Part shown: positions 16,564 through 28,178 of the stretch, piece after piece
Layout: the number at the start of each line of letters is the position of its first letter
How positions within the stretch are numbered: the first letter of the stretch is position 1
Origin: Felis catus
Lineage: Eukaryota
Direction: 5' to 3'
DNA: 64,000 bases
Assembly (NCBI RefSeq): GCF_018350175.1
Contig: NC_058369.1
Location: 10,170,001 to 10,234,000 of the forward strand
The notes under the pieces: model-generated
What the model was told of the DNA's origin: nothing
Database searches by the model: none
The model's input: the letters and a program-made list of their open reading frames with translations, nothing else
Program-made: the position numbers and the translations under genes

Positions 16564-17340
16564 TGATGGGGTTTGGGAGTGATGGTGGGGTTCGGAGCCC
16601 ACGGCCAAGAAAGAATTCTTGAAGACGTCTTTGGTGCAAAAAGGTGATCTTATTAAAGCACAGGGACAGGGCTCCTGGGCAGAAAGAGCTGCACTGGGGT
16701 TGTGAGAAGTGACTGCTTGTATACTGTGGAGTTGGGGGAGGTCAAGTCAAGGGGAAGGTTCTTTTTCTTTTTTTAATTTTTTTTTTTAACGTTTATTTAT
16801 TTTTGAAACAGAGAGAGACAGACCATGAACAGGGGAGGGGCAGAGAGAGAGGGAGACACAGAATCGGAAACAGGCTCCAGGCTCCGAGCCATCAGCCCAG
16901 AGCCCGACGCGGGGCTCGAACTCCCGGACCGCGAGATCGTGACCTGGCTGAAGTCGGACGCTTAACCGACTGCACCACCCAGGCGCCCCAAGAGGAAGGT
17001 TCTTAAAGGGACTTCCATATGCTAAAGGAGACCCAGATTACTGGAGGCCTAGCTACTGTCAAGCTAAGGTGGTTTTTTTCCCTCTAGCAAAGCATTTTCC
17101 GTAAGACAGTGGGGGGTTCCTGGAGATAAGGCTATTGAGAAGATTGCCCTTTTCTTGTAATATTACTAAGATGTTTGTAAACTGATGGAGACTGTCAGTT
17201 GACCATTTGTTTTCTGTCCTTTCCTTTGTTCTTGGGCAGCCAGGAGGGCCTGAGGAATGTCACACGTGTCCCACCTGGGGGGATGGGCTGGGGAGCGTGT
17301 GCTAGCTTGTGCTTTGCCCTCTGCTTGCCTTATGCTCTCA
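16564..17340 (-). repeat. ERV 3' LTR (~540 bp plus inserted SINE)
   Basis: On minus it begins TGAGAGCATAAGGCAAGC and ends CA; degenerate TATA-like and polyA-like motifs; preceded by a purine tract. Confidence 0.85.
16763..16989 (-). mobile_element. Young SINEC_Fc-type SINE inserted in the 3' LTR
   Basis: Full SINE; TSD aag(g/a)ggaaggttct at 16749-16762 and 16990-17003. Confidence 0.95.
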
Positions 17341-17353
17341 TATCCCCCGTGAA

Positions 17354-17481
17354 CGACTTTGACCCTTAAATCGTTAAGGTTGCTGAAGGTGGAAGGTCTC
17401 ATCTTCCTTAGCTTCTTCGACTTTGACCCTTAAATCGTTAAGGTTGCTGAAGGTGGAAGGTCTCATCTTCCTTAGCTTCTT
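17354..17481. repeat. Perfect 64-bp tandem duplication
   Basis: cgactttgacccttaaatcg...cttagcttctt at 17354-17417 and 17418-17481. Confidence 0.95.
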
Positions 17482-17942
17482 CCTGCCGAGTAGGGGCGTA
17501 GAGATGTCCCTACCTGTGGGTCAACATCGGTCAGTCGGGGAAGGTATAGGAGAGTCACAAAAGGCGGAGGCAGCCGAATCCACCGCGGACCACGGTGTTG
17601 TATGAACCTTCTGGAGCAGAAAGGATCGTCTGGTGGCTTGAGGTTCCGGTAGCAATGGACTTTAGCGTCTGCCAGTGAGATTTTTAGATGTCAAGCTTGA
17701 AGCATCCTCAGATGGAGTGGGAACAGGCAGCAGGAATCAGATGATTCTTTCTGGTTTGTAATTCAAATGTCTGTGGTGATCCTTTGAATGCCCCATTGTG
17801 AGAGGGAATTGTTAGTATAAATTGGGGAAAGGAGAATGAAAAAAAAAAAAATGTGCAGCCATCAATTTTGTTTGAAGAGGAGTTGGCCGGAATGAGAAGG
17901 CACATTAGTTTGCTCATTGGTTTCCTGTGAAGGAGGTACAAG

Positions 17943-18620
17943 TTTTATTCGATATAGGTGAGCCCATGAAGAGTGCCCCTCTAAACTTTACTGCAGTGGG
18001 AGTACGTAATAGGACGCAGTAGGGGCCCTTACGTTTTGGAATTAAATCCCCTGCTATATTAGAGTTTCAATCCTTTTATTTAAAGGATTAACCAGGTCTC
18101 CTCGGCTTATAGGGGGTGGGTTTCTAGTAACGGTCACATCAGGTTTAGGGAGGATATGGTTTGCACATTCACTTAGAGATTTACGAATTAACCTGGCTTC
18201 AAGTGAGAAATGTAATAAAACACCACAGTCTGTATCTATTGATAGGTCTAAAGTGAGAAAAGGCTTTTGATAGACAATTGTTGGGGGAACCCATCCTGTT
18301 TTTTAGTTGTTTAAATAATCAGGGGCGCCTGGGTGGCGCAGTCGGTTAAGTGTCCGACTTCAGCCAGGTCACGATCTCGCGGTCTGTGAGTTCGAGCCCC
18401 GAGTCGGGCTCTGGGCTGATGGCTCAGAGCCTGGAGCCTGTTTCCGGTTCTGTGTCTCCCTCTCTCTCTGCCCCTCCCCCGTTCATGCTCTGTCTCTCTC
18501 TGTCCCAAAAATAAATAAACGTTGAAAAAAATAAAATAAAAATAAAATAATTATATGCCCATGAGGTGTTGTTATTATCCCCAAAGAATAACAAGCACAG
18601 GAGAAGGTCTATACATGAAA
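17943..18620 (-). pseudogene. Retroviral integrase C-terminal remnant (frameshifted, SINE-interrupted)
   Basis: Minus-strand translation of 18039-17943 gives PKRKGPYCVLLRTPTAVK then, after a frameshift, LEGHSSWAHLYRIK, matching the gammaretroviral IN motif PRWKGPYxVLLTTPTAxK..W.H; upstream IVYQKPFLT resembles ILYGRP. Confidence 0.8.
18322..18544 (+). mobile_element. Young SINEC_Fc-type SINE in the ERV internal region
   Basis: Full-length SINE with A-rich tail. Confidence 0.95.
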
Positions 18621-19639
18621 CATTGTGACAGTTTTTCTGTTTACCTCAAGTTGTTCAGCTTAGGCAAATAACAAACATTTAAAGACAATCCGAACTAGAA
18701 TTTAGTACCTAAAGGTGCATTGTTGAAGCATAGTTGTTTGTCTCTAGAATCAGCCGTTTTGGAGATAGCCAAGTCAAAACTCATTTGTAAAACAGGTACA
18801 ATTTTAACTTGGCCTACCTATTTACATAAGTTCCTCAAGAAATAGCAATTGGTTATATGGATCTTGGATAATTTGCTTTGCTGGGACTTTTTATAAGGAA
18901 CCTCTAGATTGAATGTTTAGTAGCCTCTCCAGGCCAGAAGCCAAGCCAAGTGCTTGCCATCAGGCGTGCCTGAAATACCTGTTGATTTGAGCGAATTCCT
19001 CTTCACGAGGTCCCCAAGAGATCCTGAGGCTCCTGTACCCACCAGGAAGTGACATTCTTTAGTCACCTGGTAAGGCTGCTGGGAACTCTGTAAGCAAGCT
19101 ATCAGGCCAACATTTCCAGGGGCCTTTATGACTTGCCATGTTTCATAAGGTCAACCTTAGTTCCTTAAAGCTATATGGTCCTATCTGAGTCTACACATGA
19201 CTCTCAAATATGACATTCCAGTCAAAGCCTTCGTAAAATAACCAACATTTCAAATGGTGTCCTGTTACAAAGATTTTTATTGAACTTACGCAAATAACTG
19301 TAATTGCCACGAGAAAGAATACTCAGAGTTTTTGAATTTCAGAAGGTTTAGGTAGAGAGAAAGTTAAGTGCTGCCGGTTGTTTACAAACGAATACTTAAT
19401 CACATTTTTGTGTATCGTAGCTATCTTAAGAGAATGTTTCCTTAATCTGGAAGAGCAAGCAATACTTTAAAATAAGAGTGACAAAAACTGTAATTTTCCT
19501 CATTCATTTCGTCCCATGTTCCTAATTCTTGTTCAGTTTGAATCCAGCTTTTTAGTTTTGGAAATTCTTACCCATGTTAGTTTTAGGATTTTAAAGATGT
19601 TTAATACCTGTATTTGTCATAAAGGTCCTTTTTAAAGTT

Positions 19640-19683
19640 TTTTTGTTTTGTTTGAGACAGAGACAGTGTGAGTTGGGAGGGGC

Positions 19684-19738
<55 letters not shown>

Positions 19739-19866
19739 ATCCCAAGCAGGCTCCACGCTGCCAGCACAGAGCCTGATGTGGGGTTCGAACCTACAAACCA
19801 TGAGATCATGACCTGAGCTGAAACCAAGCGTCCACGGCTTAACCAACTGAGTCACCCAGGCGCCCC
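19640..19866 (-). mobile_element. CAN-SINE
   Basis: Reverse-complement SINE with (GA)n. Confidence 0.93.
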
Positions 19867-21392
19867 CTAAAGGCCCTTTGTAAATCTCCTTGAAAATGAA
19901 ACATGTTTTGTTAAGAGCATCAGAATAATTATAAATGACAAAATCTCAGAAATAGACATGGCGAGAGTTCATTATGATGCAATTGATGAGGTAATGCAGT
20001 TATTTCTGTGATACATAATACTTGAATAAATCAGAATGTCAAGTGAGGACCTTACACCAAAACACTAGAACTTTAGGAATCGCATATATATTTGAGTAGT
20101 GACAACACTTACCCATGCAATACAACCTAAGGTTTATCATTATTTGATGGTGCTTTTCCAAGTAACTTTGCATACCAATAAAAAGGCCTAATTGGTCCAA
20201 AACACTTCATTTACAATTTAAATCTTGGGAAGCTTGTTAAAACCTTGGTTAAACCCTTAGAAATTAAATAGGAGTACAGACCATTACAAAACTTAAAAGT
20301 AAATTATTTATTCAACCAAGATGGCAATAAGAAATTGAGAAGGCAAATGTGTACGGTTATATAGTTGTTAGCAAACCTAAGCTCCTTCAACACATTGAGA
20401 AGTTTTAACTAAGTAATCAAAGACCTGAAAGAGACAAAATATAAGCTTTGGTGTTCCGGGCAGACAAAAGAGAAAGGACCTTTGTTTATGTTTTTCTTAT
20501 CAGGACCAGCACAATCCAAGAAAACTTTGTATTTTGAACAGAGAGAAAAGCAGAATCTTAACCTTATACCAGCGTACTTTTAAAACCCATCCATTTCAAC
20601 CTTAGTCCGTCCTGATCACACATACAATTCCTTTCCAGAGATTTCCCTTCATGAACCTTCTACAACTTTCCTTTGCATTCAGACTTTGTCCCAAGCCATT
20701 GCGCTCCAACCAACCAGTCTCGTTTAGGACAAAATTACTTTCTTTTACTTTTAGTAAAAATGTATTTCCATTCCTTCTATCTTTCTCACACATGTCCTAC
20801 TTTTTTACATACAAAGTTGCTTTCCTTATTTCCATCACTCTTAACTACATTTAGCAGAATTTTAACTCTTAGAAACCTTAGTCTCCAGTGAGAACTAAGT
20901 AGTAACCAGGTGTGAACTGTTACACCAGAATTTTTTGATGGCAAATTTATGAGTTAAGCACAGAGCATGTTTTTCCAAAAGATCCAAATAGCCTTCGTTT
21001 CTCTACGATAAGAAGTAAAAGTGCATATCTATGTTCAGTAGTCAATGTTTTAGCACTCCATTTGATTTCAAAAAAGACCCAGATGTCCAACAAATTCAAT
21101 CCCATTTATCATGCAAGCAAAACTTTAAAGTTTTAGTTTACCAAAGACTGGAAGCTATCTTAACAGTTACCCATGAAAACTTTGAGACAGACAAATTAAC
21201 CATTGTTTTAAGTCATCATTTTGCTCCCAAATTGGAACAGAGATAACATGAGCTTATTCGACCTTCAGCAAACCTAGATAGAATAAAAAATTTTTTATTT
21301 AATGGTGATAAACAGGCCTATCTCAAACCAACAAACTTAAATTAGCTTCAACATCGAGTACATTCTGTGTCCACTTAAAAGTCAACCAATTT

Positions 21393-21520
21393 GGGGCGCC
21401 TGGGTGGCTCGGCCGGTTGAGCGTCCGACTCTTGGTTTGGGCTCAGGTCATGATCTCATGGCTTCCTGGGCTTGAGCCCCGCATCAGGCTCTGCTCTGAC
21501 AGTGTGGAGCCTGCTTGGGA

Positions 21521-21573
<53 letters not shown>

Positions 21574-21842
21574 CCTCCCTTGTGCTGTCTCTGTCCTTCT
21601 CAAAATAAAATAAGTAAACTCAAAAAAAAAAAGTCGGGGCGCCTGGGTGGCTCAGTCAGTTAGGCATCCGAGTTCAGCTCAGGCCATGGTCTCATGGCTT
21701 GTGGGTTCGAGCCCCGCATTGGGCTCTGTGCTGACAGCTCATAGCTTCGAGCCTGCTTCCGATTCTGTGTCTCCCTCTCTCTCTGCTCCTCCCCCACTCA
21801 TCTCTGTCTCTCTCCCTCAAAAATAAATAAAAAACGTTTTTA
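21393..21842 (+). mobile_element. Two tandem CAN-SINEs (21393-21632, 21636-21842)
   Basis: Two SINE heads; target sequence aaaagtcaa(c/t)caattt on both sides. Confidence 0.93.
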
Positions 21843-23697
21843 AAAAGTCAATCAATTTGTTCCCCATTATTAGTTTTTACCTGGGATGCCAGCAGGGAGC
21901 CTGAAGTGGGCAGTCTAAGGGGGTGCCCTTTGCTCCTTGACACAGACAGTGGGAGAAGGAGCAAATAGTGCCTGAGACAGCGGGGAGGGTACAGAAACCA
22001 GTGATGGAGGCGGAACCCAAAGTGGTGTAGAAACCAGAGGGGGAGGGGGAGGCAGGAGAGGCAGGCCAGGTGACAGCAGGAGGCAGAGAAAAGAGGACTC
22101 CCGGTTCTCAACCCTGCAGCTTGTGGAAATATGGAGTCCATGTCAGGCCGGCGAAGACAGGAAACTTTCCCCCAAGCAAAGGGCGTTTGGGCAGCTGCTT
22201 GGGAATATTCCTTAAAGTCCCCGTCCTGAGGCAGACTAAGCCACAGTTGGCTCCGATTATCATAGCCATTAACCCGGGAAATGAATGAGGGAGAGGCCCT
22301 CAGATCGATTAGGAGGAACAGCCAGAAAAAGCCAGCGTCCCCTTTGTCGAGGATGGCCTGTGTTTCCTCCAGCGACCGAGTTCTACCAGGAGGAGGACTG
22401 TTTAGACATTTTTGTCAGGAGGGAGTTTACTAGCCAAACACATCTGGGCAAACGCATTCTGCAAGAGGCTCTTAAGTCCTTAAGATCCTGATTTAGAGCC
22501 GTGAAGGCCTGGGCCTAGGTGGGGTACCTCCGCCCTATCGCCCTGTTTTCTGCAGAAGAGATCTGCTAGCGCTGTTTCAGGAGGTCAGTCCTTTCCTGAA
22601 CTTTGTAATGCGAATTGTCTCCAGCGGGTTAAAAAGGCATCCCAAGGGAGAGTCCTTGGGGACTGAAGAGAAGTTCCAAGCTCCTCCCAGAGAGAGAAGA
22701 GTAGAGAGGGTTTAGCACCACGAAAATCCCGCCCCCGACTCCTGGGTGGGGTCCCCCGCACAGGCTATGTCAGAGGTTCCCGAGCTGTCAAAGTGACCCG
22801 AGGCGTCTTCCTACTACCTTACTACTTGGAGGCAGGTCTGCCCAAGGAAGGTGCCATAAAGGGCCCCTGTAGAAGGGATGCCCGTGTCCCTCCGCTTCCG
22901 CATTGCATCCTCGGCTACAAACGGGGGCCAGGTGTATGGACCGAAATACTGTACCTTGAAAACCACGCCATAAAAGGCCGTGCCTTGGTTTACCCAGACT
23001 TTGAAGAGCATGCCGTGAAGGCCATGCTTTAGTTTCTTGAAGAACTTGCCGTTTTTAACCCATGGAAAACACTAGCAAAGTTTTACAAGGGGGAGTTACC
23101 CAATTTTGTGATTTAAGTGGTTAGTAGAGGACATTGACCGAAAACCGTAAAGACAGAAATATCATGATCTGAGCGACATTCCAACATATGTAGTCCTGAC
23201 ATCCAGCTTCCTAGGAAATGGTCCCCAGTTGGGTTTTAATTCAATCGGGTACTGGCTTCAGCCGGCCCCCAGTGGAGGTCCTGTGGCCAGAAGGGGCTAG
23301 ACCAGAGATGTGGAGGGGATTGACTCAGACCAACGAAGGGGAAATTTCACACGGGAGTCTTAAGATGGGAAGCCGTGCTAGTCACTTAGGTGGCTGCCCC
23401 CTGCCCGACACGGACAACTTTGTGTAAGGACAGGAATAAAGACAGGGCATCGAGTTTCTGGATCTTACTACCATCGTGGCCAAGGTCCTAACATCCAGCC
23501 AAAAGGCAGGCTTTCTCCTCCTGGTAGAGTGGCCACGGGCTAGAGGATGGCAGCCTGAGCAACCCACAGGAAAGTGTCCCAATAAGGCCACGCTTCTCAA
23601 AAAAAGCCCCTGAGATGAGAGTCAAGGAGGAAGGAGAAAGCATACTCACCAAATTTGCCCCGAAGCACAGAGTCCAGATGAAAATGAAAAGATCGAG

Positions 23698-23716
23698 GCC
23701 CCACGTTCGGGCGCCA
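23698..23716 (-). other. Primer binding site, tRNA-Lys type
   Basis: Minus-strand TGGCGCCCGAACGTGGGGC, 2 nt from the 5' LTR end; equals the Lys(CUU) PBS TGGCGCCCAACGTGGGGC plus one G. Confidence 0.85.
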
Positions 23717-23718
23717 GA

Positions 23719-23844
23719 TGGTGCAGTTTTGGGGTGATGGTGGGGTGGTCTTGGGCAGCCGGGAGTACCTGAGGAATGTCACATGTGTCCCACCTGGGGA
23801 ACATCTGGTACTTTTCCCTCAGCTTGCCTTACGTGCCCTCGTCA
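23719..23844 (-). repeat. ERV 5' LTR, internally deleted (126 bp)
   Basis: Both ends match the 3' LTR; the ~400+ bp core is missing. Confidence 0.8.
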
Positions 23845-24294
23845 GCTCCACCACATTTTAGCCCGTATGGTTTCTCCGTCCACCCGTTAACAGACATCTG
23901 TTTGTTCCTAGCGTTTGGCCATTATTAGTAAGGCTCGTACAAGTATTTTTATGGACGTGAGTTCGCTTCTCTAGGGCAAATGCCTAGAAACGGAATGGTA
24001 GACTGCAGGTCATGTGTATGTTCTATTTTAGTAGATTGTGACCGTATTCCTAAATTGTTCCACTCCCACTAGCACCCTGGGAAAGTTCCAGTTACTCCCA
24101 ATCCTTGCTTATACCTGGTAGTGTCAGTCTTTCTCAGCCATGTTTTGATTGGGGGATTTGGGGTGGTGGGGGAAAGAGAGGGGAGATAAGCTGGTGAAAC
24201 ATGATAATCCTGCCACCGAATTCCAATGTCCCTAAGCCCCTGACACAGTTAAACCTTCCTCCATAGTTCTCCAGGAAGGTTCTAGCCTTTCGTC

Positions 24295-24506
24295 TTTTTT
24301 TTTTTTTAAGCTTATTTATTTTGAGAGAGAGTATGAGCATGAGTGGGGGAGGGGAAGAGACGGAGGCAATGAGAGAGAATCCCAAGCAGACTCCGCACTG
24401 TCACCACAGAGCCCCAAGTGGGGCTTGAACCCATGAACTGGGAGATCATGCCCTGAGCCGCAATCAAAAGTCAGATGCTCAACCGACTAAGCCACCCAGG
24501 CGCCCC
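24295..24506 (-). mobile_element. CAN-SINE
   Basis: SINE body; TSD aggttctagc(c/t)ttt. Confidence 0.92.
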
Positions 24507-24719
24507 AGGTTCTAGCTTTTCAATTTCATTTAGTGTAAGCTGTCTTGGGGTCCATGTTCTAGACAAGAAATTCAGAGCTGATGTTGCCAGAGGTGTAACT
24601 TCAGCCAAAAAGCCCAAAGGAGAGAAGCCAGTCAATGGAGAAGGAAGCTTTATATAATATGAGGTAGATATTTTAGGTGGTAAATATACCATAACACTTA
24701 CTGAGCACCTCCCATGTGC

Positions 24720-25702
24720 CCAGCAGGGTGAGGCATGCAAAATCTAAGGGGGCACCAAAAACTGTCATCAAGATAAATAATGTAAAATGTTTTTTAATGT
24801 GTATTTATTTTTGAGAGAGAGAGAGAGAGACACACACACACAGAGCACGAGCAGGGGAGGGGCAGAGAGAGAGGGAGATAGAATCCGAAGCAGGTTCCAG
24901 GCTCTGAGCTGTCAGCACAGAGCCTGATGCAGGACCTGTGAGATCATGACCTGAGCCCAAGTCGGATGCTTAACCGACTGAGCCACCCAGGTGCCCCAAG
25001 ATAAACGATTTTAATGCGCTATTTTATTTTTTTTCCCATTTTTCAAGTAATCTCTGCACCCAACATGGGGCTCGGAACTCATGACCCCGAGATCAAGAGT
25101 CACATGTTCCTCCCAACTGAGCCAGGCGACCTTTAATGCACCATTTTAAAATCAAAATTGGGGGGCACCTGGGTGGCTCAGTCGGTTGGGCGGCCGACTT
25201 AGGCTCAGGTCATGATCTCACAGTCCGTGGCTTCGAGCCCCACATCGGGCTCTGTGCTGACAGCACAGAGCCTGGAGCCTGTTTCAGATTCTGTGTCTCC
25301 CTCTCTCTCTGCTCCTCCCCTGTTCATGCTCTGTCTCTGTCTCAAAAATAAATAAATGTTAAAAAAATTTTTTAAATAAATAAATAAATAAATAAAATCA
25401 AAATTGGAGCACCTGGGTGGCTTAGTTGGTTAAACCAACTAAACTCTTAATTTCGGCCCAGGTCATGACCTCACAGCTGTGAGATAGAGCCCCATGTCAG
25501 GCTCCACACTGCGTGTGGATCATGCTTATATTCTCTCCCTCTCTCTCTCTCTGTCTCTCTGTCTCTCCCTCTCTGCCCCTCCCCTGCTCACACACATGCT
25601 CTCTCTCTCTCAAAAAGAAAAACATTATTGCATTAAAGCATTGTGTATCTTGAATGTTGTCCCTGAAGCCAATGCCGCACCCTCACCCTAGCTCCCACCC
25701 TG
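24720..25702. mobile_element. MER96-like hAT element interrupted by four SINEs (24790-24997 -, 25025-25130 -, 25161-25395 +, 25405-25620 +)
   Basis: agggtgagg..aaaatctaagggggcaccaaaaac..atcaagataaataa / ttttaaaatcaaaatt / ..cctcaccctagctcccaccctg resemble recalled MER96 termini; the SINE heads are clear. Confidence 0.65.
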
Positions 25703-26095
25703 GTGCTCAGGCTTGTTCTGAGAAATCTAAGTGTATCGACTAACTGAATCCCCCACCTGGAGCAGATTAGTGCGGTGCATTAGTGTATCCATTGTCAGGA
25801 TGACAATGTGGGTGACCTGAGGTCCAGAGAGGGTTAGTCCCAGTCCCAAAGTCACACAGCTGGCAGGGATCCAAGCCCAAGCCATCTTCCTGCTTTAGAC
25901 CTGGCCACCTCCTACAAAGGTGGAGAGGCCCACGCCAGGTAATGTAGAAGCCCAGAGAAATCCTGGAGGTCCCCCAGGAAAGCAGTTTAGAGGCAAGCTT
26001 GGCGTAATCAAATCATCTGAGGTGAGTTATGGAGGAGACAGCCAAAGCCAGTTGAGTCCTGTTGACAAGTGTGAAAATTAGAAAAGGGAAACCTC

Positions 26096-28178
26096 GGGGC
26101 GCCTGGGTGGCTCAGTCAGTTGGGCGTCCAACTTTGGCCCGGGTAGTGATCTCACAGTTCGTGAGTTCGAGCCCCGCATCGGGCTCCGTGCTGACAGCTC
26201 GGAGCCTGGAGCCTCCTTCGGATTCTGTGTCTCCCACTCTCTCTGCCCCTCCCCAGCTCATGCTTGCACTGTCTCTGTCAAAAATAAATAAACTTTAAAA
26301 AGGGAAAAAAAGAAAAAAGGAAAGGGAAACCTCACTACAACGGAGTTGGGAGGCCAGAAGGGGGAGCTCTCACACAATACGACTCCTTGTCAGCCCCTTC
26401 CGTTCTCAACTGGAAGAAGCTGGTACTTTACTGCGCAGCAGGAGGAAGATTTTCTTCTGAGCCAGCAACAGCCCAGCCAACGACTCAGCCAATGAAAAGC
26501 CACCACACTCTTTGAGGGATGCCCTGCTGGCTCAGTCCCTGAAGCACGGGGCTCTTGATCTTGGGGCTGTGAGTTCCAGCTGCACATTAGGTGTAGAGAT
26601 TACTTAAAAAATTAGGGGTACTTGAGTGGCTCAGTCGGTTGGGCATCTGACCTCAGCTCAGGTCATGATCTCACTGTTGGTGGGTTCGAGCCCCACATGG
26701 GGCTCTGTGCTGACAGCTCAGAGCCTGGGGCCTGCTTCAGATTCTGGGTCTCCCTCTCTCTCTGCCCCTTCCCCACTCGCACTCTGTCTCTCTCTGTCTC
26801 TTGAAAATAAATAAATGTTAAAAAAAAAAAGAAAAAAAAGGTAAATTGTATGGTATGTGACTTTTATTTCAATAGAAAACAAAAAACATGTTGAGTGAAA
26901 GAATCCAGACATTAAAAATCCAGATATATAAAAAATACATTATAAAATGATCCCATGAGGTGTGAAGTTCAAGAACAGGCAAAATTAATCTATGGTGATA
27001 GAATTTCCATAAGGTTGCCTGGCCAAGGGAACGGTAAAATCCACACAGCCGGGGAGCAGACTGGCTGGCGGCGGCAGGAATGTATACACATATAAAAATT
27101 CACAGAGCGGGGCGCCTGGGTGGCTCGGTCGGTTGAGCGTCTGACTTCGGCTCAGGTCACGATCTTGCGGTCTGTGAGTTCGAGCCCCGCATCGGGCTCT
27201 GGGCTGTTGGCTCAGAGCCTGGAGCCTGCTTCCGATTCTGTGTCTCCCTCTCTCTCTGCCCCTCCCCCGTTCATGCTCTGTCTCTCTCTGTCTCAAAAAT
27301 AAATAAACGTTAAAAAAAATTTAAAAAAAATTCACAGAGCTGCACACCAAAGGATCTGTGTACTTGACCATATGTAAGTTGTGCCTCCATCAAAATAATT
27401 AACAATGAAAAATGAAAAGACATAGGGGCACCTGGGTGGCTCAGTCGGTTAAGCATCTTGATTTCAGCTCAGGTCATGATCCCACGGGTTTGTGGGGTTC
27501 GAGCCCCACATGGGGTTCCTCACGCTGACAGTGCGGAGCCTGCTTGGAATTCTCTCTCTCCCTCTCTTTGCCTCTCCTTCACGGGGCGCCTGGGTGGCAC
27601 AGCCGGTTAAGCGTCCGACTTCAGCCAGGTCACGATCTCGCGGTCCGTGAGTTCGAGCCCCACGTTGGGCTCTGGGCTGATGGCTCAGAGCCTGGAGCCT
27701 GCTTCCGATTCTGTGTCTCCCTCTCTCTCTGCCCCTCCCCCGTTCATGCTCTGTCTCTCTCTGTCCCAAAAATAAATAAAAACGTTGAAAAAAAAAATTA
27801 AAAAAAATTTTTTTAAATAAAAAGACATACCTCATAGTTAAAATGGAGGTCACGTGTGTTCACCTTCCCACGTTCACTCCCCTCCCCCGCTACAGAAACA
27901 ACAACCTAAAAAAAAAAAGATACTGAACAATTACCGACCCCTTGCTCTGTGCTTTACAAGAATTAACTTGGGGCACCAGGGTGGCTCCGTCAGTTAAGCG
28001 CCTGACTTCCTTCCGCTCAGGTCCCGGATCTCGCAGTTCGGTTTGTGAGTTTCAGACCCATGTTGGGCTCTGCGCTGACAGCTGCAGAGCCTGCTTGGGA
28101 TTCTCTGTCTCCCTCTCTCTCTGCCCCTCCCCTAATCGCTGTCTCTGGAAAATAAGTGAACACTAAAAAAAACAAAAG
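26096..28178 (+). mobile_element. SINE cluster (26096-26320, 26515-26610, 26615-26840, 27109-27325, 27425-27819, 27970-28178) with an LTR-like fragment (~26334-26510) and L1 pieces
   Basis: Repeated ggggc(g/a)cctgggtggc heads, CT tracts and A tails with TSDs (aaagggaaacctc; aaaaattcacagagc). Confidence 0.88.

Larger units (their letters stand above)
16564..23844 (-). mobile_element. Degenerate non-autonomous class I (ERV1/gamma-like) endogenous retrovirus
   Basis: TG..CA-bounded LTRs at 16564-17340 and 23719-23844 share a 51-nt block with 4 mismatches (17230-17280 vs 23749-23799). PBS at 23698-23716; short purine tract (GGGGGATA on minus) next to the 3' LTR; integrase C-terminal remnant; flanking 4-bp GCTA/GCTC. 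Confidence 0.88.

Noticed and set aside
22793..23070. Possible gag ORF in the ERV
   Set aside because: The three minus-strand frames show no MA, CA-MHR or zinc-knuckle motif that I can recognise.
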